DNA of 63,977 nt, filler included, from Reticulomyxa filosa (Eukaryota > Protista > Foraminifera): NCBI GenBank assembly GCA_000512085.1. It is 18 parts of 18 records of this genome, joined end to end, with 100 filler letters (N's around TTAATTAATTAA, not from the genome) between each part and the next. Parts side by side here need not be neighbours in the genome. Positions count along the whole stretch, not along the records: positions 38,004 to 48,275 come from ASPP01025858.1; positions 48,376 to 51,185 come from ASPP01004204.1; 16 more parts are not named here. One strand, 5' to 3'. The notes beneath the pieces were generated by a model. The model was not told the DNA's origin. It did not search any database and saw only the letters and a program-made list of their open reading frames with translations. Numbering within the stretch: the first letter of the stretch is position 1; every line of letters begins with the position of its first letter. Below, in pieces: positions 38,996-48,499 of the stretch. The position numbers and the translations under genes were made by a program.

Positions 38996-41295
38996 CTACC
39001 CCAATAATCGAATTGCTCCTCCGTAAGTTCCACAGCATAATGTATAACTATTACTCTCGTTTGTTTTGTTTTTTGCATCAAGCTTATTTACTGCTGAAGA
39101 AAACAGAAAACAATATATTCCTCCATCATCACCACCCCCTTTGATCATATGTAATTCCCTACCCGATCGAATATCCCAAAAACGAATTGTATTGTCCCAT
39201 GATCCAGAACATATTATATTTGCATTACCAATTCCATTGTTAACAATTGGTAAATTGTCAACACAGTTTACATAATTTGTGTGTCCTCTGAACATGTGAA
39301 TTTCTCTTTTAGATCGAATATCCCACAAACGCACTGTTTTGTCTTCTGATCCAGATAATATTATATTTCCACTGCCATCACTTGCAATTTCATTTCTGGA
39401 ATATTTTACACATCTTACTACATTTTCGTGTCCTTCAAAAACAGCTATTTCTTTGGAAGTTTCGACATCCCATAAACGAATAGTGTTATCCCACGATCCA
39501 GAGCAAATGGTATATCCATTACCCCCAATTATACCAATACTGTTGCTAGTGCGATTTTTGACATTATGCAATGGAGAAAATTCGACACAGCGGACAGTGT
39601 TTGTGTGTCCTTTGAAAACATGTGCTAGCTGATCTGTTTCAACGTCCCATAGCCGAATGCAGGCGTCATTAGACCCAGAGCATAAATATCGACCACCAGT
39701 AAATGATGAAAATTGGATACAATAAACACTGTTTGTATGTTCTTTCAACACCCGAAAGGCCTCCGAAGTGTCAAAGTCCCAAAAGCGAATTGTTCTGTCA
39801 GTTGATGCAGAACAAACGACAAGACACCTGTAGTTATGATAATGATACGGGGAAAATTTCACACAATATACATGATCCGAATGTCCATCAAACAATTTCA
39901 ATTGTCCATTGCCTGCAAAATCCCAAACACGAATTGTTTTATCTTTTGATCCAGAACAAAGGAATTCGCCACCATCAAGTGATGAGTAATCAATACTCCA
40001 CACAATGCTGCTATGTCTGGTAAAAGTTTTAAGTGTTTTCGCTGAATAAAACCAATCAAAGTTGACAGTGGATGAAGATCGATTATTGCACTCGTTTTGT
40101 TCTTCGTTTTTGTTTGCATTACACAATTGAGAAGCATTCTTTTTTTCCATCAACTTAGCTTCCATATCAGCCTGGAGTTTGATTATTTCTTGTTTATGCT
40201 TTTTCTGTATCTCTTTCATTTCTATTTCTTTCTGCAAAAGCTGGCTTTCTTTCGATTGGATAATTTGCGAATACGTTTGAGTATTTTCATTCATCTGCTG
40301 ATTTCCATTTTCTTGTGTCTGCTTTTTTTTTGCTTCAGTTTTGCTATCTTTTTTCAAGTTCTTAACTTCAGAAATTCTTTTAAGCTTATTCATATTTGCC
40401 CCCCCCCCCAAAAAAAAGAGAAAGAATAAATTTAGAGTGTGTTGAACATTTTTGTTTTTGTTTATGATTTATTCATTTGTTTGTTTGTTTTTAAATCAAA
40501 ACTAGATTTTCTTTTAGAAAAGTTAAATTTTCTTCGTCTTTCTTCTTTTGTGATTGCATCTCCAGTTTTAACTTTTCGTGTTGCGAATTTAATTGAATTG
40601 CTTCTTTCTGTTTTTCCCATTGTTTGCTAATTTTTAATTTCATTTCAAAAAAAAAAAAAAAAAAAAGCAAACAAGGGCTAAGCTTGAAGTAATTGTATAG
40701 TTTGTTGCAACGATGTAAATGACTTTATGACCAAATCAAAATGGAATTGCATCTTTGAGATCAAATGCTGTTGTAATTCGCTCTTATTACATGTGTGATC
40801 ACAACCAAATGGTTGAAACCAACATTTGGAAAATTGCAGGGAACAGGAGCTATTCAAATGATCGTCCAAGTCTTTTAATTTTCCACTAAAATTACATTTA
40901 ATTCCCTTTCCATTGCTCACTTGTTGTGAGTCTTGTGTAAATTGCAGTGGGCATATCACATCCAATTCGCCGATATACCGTTGTGCTAATCTACTTTTGG
41001 CATACTGGCAATGGTTATGAGAGCGAACTGGACAAGAATTAGGATTTGAATTGAGAAAACGCTTCAAACACTCCTCTCCAACAAGAAATGCCCCTTCCAA
41101 TTCTTGATGTTCGGTACAGCTTATCTCAATGGGATTGTTCGCAATTTGTCCACAAATCAAACAAATCAACTCGCTAATTTGAGTATGGTTGTTCGACTGT
41201 AAAATCCAGTTTTTGCTGAAACACTGTGACCGCTCTGGAAAGAAGGGATCCGTAGTATCCTCTTTTTTGATCTTTTGATTCTCTTTTCTGCTCAT
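38996..41295 (-). CDS. Complete TRAF7-like architecture protein: variant RING - TRAF zinc finger - coiled coil - ~7 WD40
   Basis: Exon 1 (41295-40684): CLIC..C.EH..VGEEC..CPV..H..C and VICP..CNFSGKL..HL..C..CWFQPFGC..HL. GC-AG intron 40683-40608, short coiled-coil exon, intron, then a last exon with GH..V....FS..CSGS.D.TIR.WD repeats ending at stop 38996. Confidence 0.9.
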
Positions 41296-41971
41296 CTTGT
41301 GATTGATTTCTTTTTATCTATCGATTATAAATCTTTAAATTTTTTTTTAAATTGAATGAATGTATCTTTCCTTGGTCTAGACCAACAGTCTCGAACAACA
41401 ACGTACAATGTAAAAACAATAAATAAAAAGAATAGCATATGGAAGTGTTGTCACTTTTTCTGTTTTTTTAATGTTTTTATTTTTTATCATTTGTTGGATT
41501 ATTAATATTATTTTGGCACTAACAGTTAAAAATAAAGTTTCCCAAATTGGATAAAATTGGAGTAAGTCTACTTTATTGAAAAAATTTTATGTGAAGATTG
41601 TGTAAAGCTCTTGCATAAAATCTTCATTCCACAACTTGTCACGCTAGCTGTTAACACATGTTATATTGAATGCACAAAAAATATTTTTATAGAGGATTAC
41701 GAAAGAAGAAAATGATTGAAATGTCAGGCTTGCAAATCGTAAAAGTCAAATAACTATTTCAAACAAAAAATTGTAACGAAAGTCTATTCAAGACAATAAA
41801 ATACCACTAGAGTAATAAAGTCGTACCACAACCAAAACCTATTTGCAATATTCGTTTTTTAAAACATACGGAAAAAAAACATCACTAACAAAAATCCAAT
41901 CATCATGTTCCAACAAAAGATGTATGCATTGTTGGACACACATGAGCAAAAAAGTAATAACAAAACCACCA

Positions 41972-44678
41972 CTAACGACTGTTTGGTGTAAAGACAATGT
42001 CGTACAAAGTTGTATCTTGACTTTCCACACAATACCATTCTCCTTGTTGATTTTTTCGAATTTTGTCTCGAATTTCACGTAACATTTGATTTAGCGAATA
42101 ATTTTTCTTGTGTGCCTCTGTCATTACAGCGTGCATACATTGACTCAACAGCGAAGCGTCGCTGACAAGATGTCCTTTAGTAGTTGACCAAATAGTTAAA
42201 AAACCATCGTCGTCATGTCCATGAAATTGTTCTGATTGAATATTTTCTTGGTTTCCTCTCACCACAACTGCACGTGATTTTGGTCTATTTCGACCTCGAC
42301 AAGCATCAACAATGAATATTTTGGGACAATCTTTTAATGCTGCCATTTCATGGCAATTGAAAGAAGCACGAATTTTGCAATTGATATATCATTGCCTTCA
42401 CTGGTAACTAACACATTTCCAATATCACCATGTCCACAAAGAATTATGATCAATGCATCATATTTGTTGGAATTTTCTCGAAGCTTATAATTGGCAATCA
42501 CTGCATCTAAAAATTCTTCCACATCTGGTTTCAGCATTTTCGGCGATTCATTACAGATGAAATCATATTTCAATTCATCTTTGAACAATTTCTTAAAGTT
42601 TTCGAGATCTCTGTCCTTCACATTTTCAAGATTAGGCCAGTCTGTCTCTTTGTTATATTCACTGATTGCAATCATTATCACCAATGCATTATTAATCATT
42701 TTCTTTTGTCCACAGTTTCTCCAAATTACTTTCAAAGTTGGGATATCCTTCTCAAAGGCCTTGCGGACATCTTCATCAGATTGGATGGCCTGCTGATCCA
42801 TATCAACAATTCCCAATTTCAAATTCTTTGTTGTTATGGTTTCAAAGTCGCTGTTTTCCAAGCAATGATAAATGCGACGAACCAATTCTCCATAGGTTAA
42901 TTCATCCAGATAAATTTTTGTTTCCTTGTCATTGACTATTACATGTGCGGCTGCCTTTTTAAAAAGTTTCATTTTTTTTTTTTTTTTTTTTAAATAAAAA
43001 ATATGTATGTGTATATGTATATATGTTTATATTTATTTATTTATGAAAAGATAAATGACTTGGCTGGACCCTTGGTTGTTCTATTCAAATGACCAAAGTG
43101 TGGTATTGTACGACCTCACTTTGCAAGTCGATACAGCAAAAAAAAGGTAAAAGGGGTGCAAAGTAAAATAACATCATCAAGTGAGCGATAGTAAATATAG
43201 GATTCAATGGTAATGCAAATGTCAGGAATGTTACCATCGTGCAGTTGATTTTGCCATTTGCTGTTCGTCAGCAGCCACATTGCAAACTCCGGCTGTGCCA
43301 GCTGTTCAAAGTTTGCAATAATTTCCGCTTTGTCAGTTTCACTTTTATCTTTCCACCATTTCATCCATTTTTTCTGTTCTTCCCATTTCTTTTTTTTTTT
43401 TTTTTTGTAAGTAGAAGATATCCACAATGACTTTTTTAACAAAAAAAAAAAAAAAAAAAAAAGTAAAAAGCAATGCATCCTCACAACTGTATTTTCATTT
43501 GAGCATGTCTTGAATGTCAAAGCTTCATATCCATTCCCCTCTTTCTCCTTTGTGACATCACTGTCTTTGACGACGTTGTAATCAGCCAGGAGTGTTTGGA
43601 CTTCGTCCTTGTCCAGCACTTGATTCACAGATACTCGCACGTGCGTCAAGACCATGTTGGGTCCATCACGTCCTCCGAGAACATGCACAAAGGTGTTGTC
43701 GGCGGTCAAAACGCCCGCACATTCAGTCAAAGGGAGCGACAGTGAGCATGAAAAATATGTCCACTTGCGTTTGGCGAGGGAAAACTTGTGGACGAATTTG
43801 GTGGCGATAGTAGAGTCAGACGAACCAAGCTCACCTTCCCACGCACGAAAGAACAGAATGACATCATTGACACATACATAAGAATAATGGTGATACGGTG
43901 CAATAGTCTCACAAATAGGCAAATTGCAAAATTGAAATGTGTGTTTGTGTTCCTCAAAATCAATGGCTAATCCTGTCTTTTTACAAAATAACACCATTTC
44001 ATTATTGAAATACTTCTGCTGCTGTTGATGCTGATGCTGATACTGATACTGATACTGATGTGCTGCTGTTGATACAAAACAATGATATCGTATCCAATCC
44101 TCATGAATTGGTAATGTGCTACGACTCACATACTGAAATGTATTCAGGTCAAATACATCGATATTCTTGGGATAATACGTGATAAACAACAAATGGCTTT
44201 GGCTTCCACCGATCACTGCACGCATTCCGGCAAAATCGTCTTCCTCTTTGCCAATGCGAATTTCCTTGTCTTCGCTGTCTGTCAATGGAATCCATTCGTT
44301 CCAACACTTGTTTACTATTGCTGTTGTTGTTGCTGTTGCCATCGTATCACTTCCTCTCTTGTCCCACACACTCACGTAATTCAACGTCAACGTATACTTT
44401 TGCTCATTTTTGTCGCCACCCAAACACAACAACGTCATGTCAGCTGCTTCTTTACTGCTTACACGCTTCACCACACAGTGTCCGTGCAACTTCATATCCC
44501 TTGGGTACGCGCAGATCCGCTTGCACTGCTTTGCTACTGTATTATACGAATAACACTCGTTGTTCTCGTAACTTCCACAAATCAGAATCTCGTCGTTGTG
44601 CACCACACATTGGCTAAGTGAAAGTGCTGATGGTAATGGGGGTAACGGTTCAAACGGAATTGTTGATTGGTTCCCCAT
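41972..44678 (-). CDS. Myristoylated kelch-like propeller - helical module - PB1-like - caspase-family (C14) fusion protein
   Basis: Exons 44678-43488, 43388-43173, 43080-43060 (21-nt microexon) and 42954-41972, all phase-0 GT-AG. MGNQST start. PB1-like DMDQQAIQSDEDVRKAF. Catalytic ILCGHG (~42431) and KIFIVDACRG (~42300). One-base frameshift in a T4 run at 42373-42376. Confidence 0.8.
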
Positions 44679-45959
44679 ATTCTTATTTATTCCTAGTTTG
44701 AGGCCAAAGAAAAAAGTGATGCAAAGATTTTTTTAAAAAGGGGGGGTAGAAAATTCAAACAACAAAAAACGTTCTTTTCTAGGAGCAGTTGAAATACAAA
44801 TCCTTTAAAGAAGTTATTTACGTATGTTTTTAAAAATGAACGTATTTGCTACAAAAAAAAGATCCGATTTGATATCCATTACTCCGATGATCTTTATTTT
44901 TTGCATATATTCAATAAACAATGCAAGTCGACAAATTGCCAACAAAACGTTTGCATTTGTAGCAAGTTAACTGACAAAAAAAAGGCACCATTTTAAAAAG
45001 GTGATCACCAACCAATAACACACAAGTTGTCCATAGTATATCCTTCTTTAGCCTTTTTTTGTTATTGTGTGTGGCTTCCAAAACTTCGATCAAAAAGACA
45101 AGCAAGTGGATGCTCAAAAGACAGGCAAAAAAGTGGAAAAAAAAAAAGAAAGAAAATAATAAAGTAAAATAACAAAATAAAAGACATACTCAAAGGACAC
45201 AAATATATGTTAAAAAGAAAGAGCAAAAATTGAAGTTGACCAACAAGTGCAATTTTTGGTTGTATGAAGTACAAGGATCTCCCCCTAGCTCCCCTCCATA
45301 GGCACAACACGGAAACAAAAGTAACACGTTGTTTGCAAAGATCCTCTGTGACATCATTCACAGCCTCGCCCCAGCTAAACAAAAAGTTTAAGAAGAACAA
45401 ACAAGGTTTCATACTACACAAAATGCATACCTACACACTCTCTCTTTCATTTTTTTCCCTCAACTCTTTTTTTTTCCATTTTCCCCCTCTTTCCCAAAAC
45501 GATGTGTCCCTCAAAGATAAAAAAAGAGCAAACGTATTGCTCCTTATCTCTCAGGGGCACATTCAAATAAAAATTTTTTTTTTTTTTATGACAATTTTTT
45601 TTTAAAAAAAAGAAAAAAAAAATGTCAAATCAAATGCAAATAAAAAAAACAAATAAAAAAAAATAAAAAAAAGTGGTATGATCCTTGTTCGATTTTCTTA
45701 GGTTTTCAAGATGTGCGTTTTTGTTTTTTTTTGTACACCTGATTTTTTTTTCAAGGTTTTTAAAGGTTAGAAACCTCAAAACCAATGCACACATATAATG
45801 AAAACCAATCACATTTTTCCTGACTTAAGACGAAAACAAAAAAAAAAAAAGAAATTGCACTTGTTTTTTGTTTTTTTTTGTCAGAATTGTAAACGATACC
45901 TTATTGGTAGTAGTAATAATAATAATAAAAAAAAAAGAAAAAGCGCCTTAAAGTGGAAA

Positions 45960-48275
45960 TCAGAGATCCACATCCATAGTTTCGATTGATTCTCCAGGGG
46001 AATGGGGAAAAGGAGCAAAGGCGTCATTGTGACTCCACGTGAAGGTAGTGTCTGAGGCGACACTCCTCAGCTCGTAGTTGTTGACGGAATCCATTTTCGG
46101 AAACCCATTTCCGCTGTTGAAAAAGGCATTGGCGTCGACGAGACGACCAAAGTCACTACTTACCAAAGGCAACGAATTTCGACTGTCAGTAATCAATGGT
46201 GGCAAACTCAAATTGCCAATACTGTTGTTATTAATAATGTTATTATTGTTGTGGATGTGGCTGTTACTGTTGTTCACATGGCTACTGTTACTATTACTGT
46301 GGCCGTTGTTCACACTGTTAGGAGTGAAGTTATTCGGGCCAAAAAATCCAAACATGTTTGGGAACGCAGATGGGGCTGGAAATGTGGACACGGCTGGTAT
46401 TTGGTGCAGCGCAGGGAACGAAGGAGGCAATGTTTGAGGGATGGGTTGCGACGGCATTGCCGGGTTGGAGAAACTTCGATGGAACAGTTGCTGTGGAATG
46501 TCACTCGCAAAGCCAAACAGGTTCGTGTTCGGGCTCATCATCCCGTGGACCGGGGTTGATGACTGGTTTTGCAACATTTCAAACCGCACACGTAGTGCAT
46601 TCAGTTCATTCAGCAAGGACTGCTGTGCTTGCTTTGATGATGCAATTTCTTCTTTCTATTTATATACAAGTGATACGGATACATATACATACATGTATGC
46701 ATATATGTATAGATATAAAAAATAAAAAAAAGAAGCGAGAGAGTGACTCACTATCGATTTGATACGCTCTTCGTATTCGGCATTTCTGGACTCAGCATCA
46801 CCACCACGACGATTGGAAACATGTAACTGTTTGCGCAGTGATGACATTTCCGAGTCCTGAAAATTTGTCAATTGACGAATCTTTGTATCCATTTGGTCCA
46901 TGTTGTCTTTCAGCTCTTTGTTGTCTTGGCGGAGTTTCTGCCAACAGTCTTCCGAACTTTTTTCTGTCTTTTCCTTTTTTGCTCTCCTTGCTTTCACTGA
47001 AATTAATGGCTCGTCACTACTGCTGTTGTCAAAGTCGTCATCATCATTTGCATTTGCATTTGCACTTGCACTTATACTTGCATTTGCATTGTCATTCGTA
47101 TTGACTTTATTCTTGTCTTCACCATCACCGTCACCATTACCATCATCACCAATATTATTATCATCCATACTGTCACCAATTCCATCGATAAACCCATCGT
47201 CAGGAGGACTTTCTGTGCCATCGTCTTCCTGCTTTATGATATCTACTTCACTTAGCTCCATTTCATTCTTTTCGTTCTTGCTTTTTTTGTCCACCTTTCG
47301 CTTCGATTTCTTTTCGACTTTTACTTTCACTTTCAATTTCGTGTCCACTACCTCTTTCATCTTTGTTGCGCTTCGCTTTGTAAATGGCAGGTTCAAAAGC
47401 GGATTTGCCATTCCCATGCCATGTTTGTTCTTTTTTTTAAAAAATTGTTTGTTCCAAAGGAGAGGGATCACAGAAAGGATTTCTCTCTCGTTCAAGTCAA
47501 ATGCCGTTGTTGTTCTTGGAAAAAAACAAGCAAACCTGTGTCTTGTACATTATGTAAAGAGCAAAATATCGATCTGACCATTTCTATCATCACATGTTTT
47601 TGTTTGTGTACGTAAAAAAAAAGAATTGGTATTAAAAAAAAAAATTCAATCCCCCTTTTTTTTTTTTTTTGAAGAACACATTAAATATCAAACCTTGTAT
47701 AAATCAACAAAGTATTTCTTGGCAGCTGTACCGTTTTCTCTCTTGTTTTTGGTCTTTTTCTTGTCTCTTTCTTTGTTGTGCACCCACCAATCACCACTTG
47801 AGTGTTTCTTGTTGCTGTAAACACCTTCGTTCAAAAATGTTCACCATCTTCGATTTTCGTTTTTGAAAGGAGTGATCACATATCAATGGACGACTACCAG
47901 AGCCGCTGCCAGAGCCTATTGTTCCTGTAATCGTTGCAATGAAAAACTATCGAAGATACATACACATAATAAAAAAAAAAAAAAGGGGGCCAAAACACAC
48001 AAAAAAAGTCATGTTCACCTCTAACCTATACACATTTATGTACATAAAAGATTTTTAAAAATCTACAATAAAACAAACAAATAAACACCAGCTTTGGCGT
48101 TAAAAGTTAAAGTTACCTCGCATTGCAAATAATTGGTCAAACATTCAATTCCTTCCGAGTTGTTTTCCAATGCGTGTCCGACCTTCCATGCGTACTGTCC
48201 GAACACAATAACAACAAACAGTAATAATGGTAACAACAATTTTCCAAGTGATTGTGAACAAATCGGAAAAAAAAA
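45960..48275 (-). CDS. Hypothetical multi-exon protein with acidic, coiled-coil and P/N-rich regions (5' truncated)
   Basis: ORFs 46656-47495 and 45960-46616 are linked by a (TA)-rich intron, with further short upstream exons. No family recognised. Confidence 0.55.
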
Positions 48276-48499
48276 NNNNNNNNNNNNNNNNNNNNNNNNN
48301 NNNNNNNNNNNNNNNNNNNTTAATTAATTAANNNNNNNNNNNNNNNNNNNNNNNNNNNNNNNNNNNNNNNNNNNNCACCGTTCCCGTTTGCTTTTTCGTT
48401 CATTTTATTGGCAGTTCTGTTTTTTTATTTTAAAAAAAGGAGATATTTTACTTTTTTTAAAAAAAAAAAAAAAATTGAATTGAAAATACAAATAATCAG

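Noticed and set aside
47540-47900. Possible SWIM zinc finger / MULE transposase remnant (YFVDLYK..KH)
   Set aside because: The required CxC..CxH ligands and DDE core are not visible.
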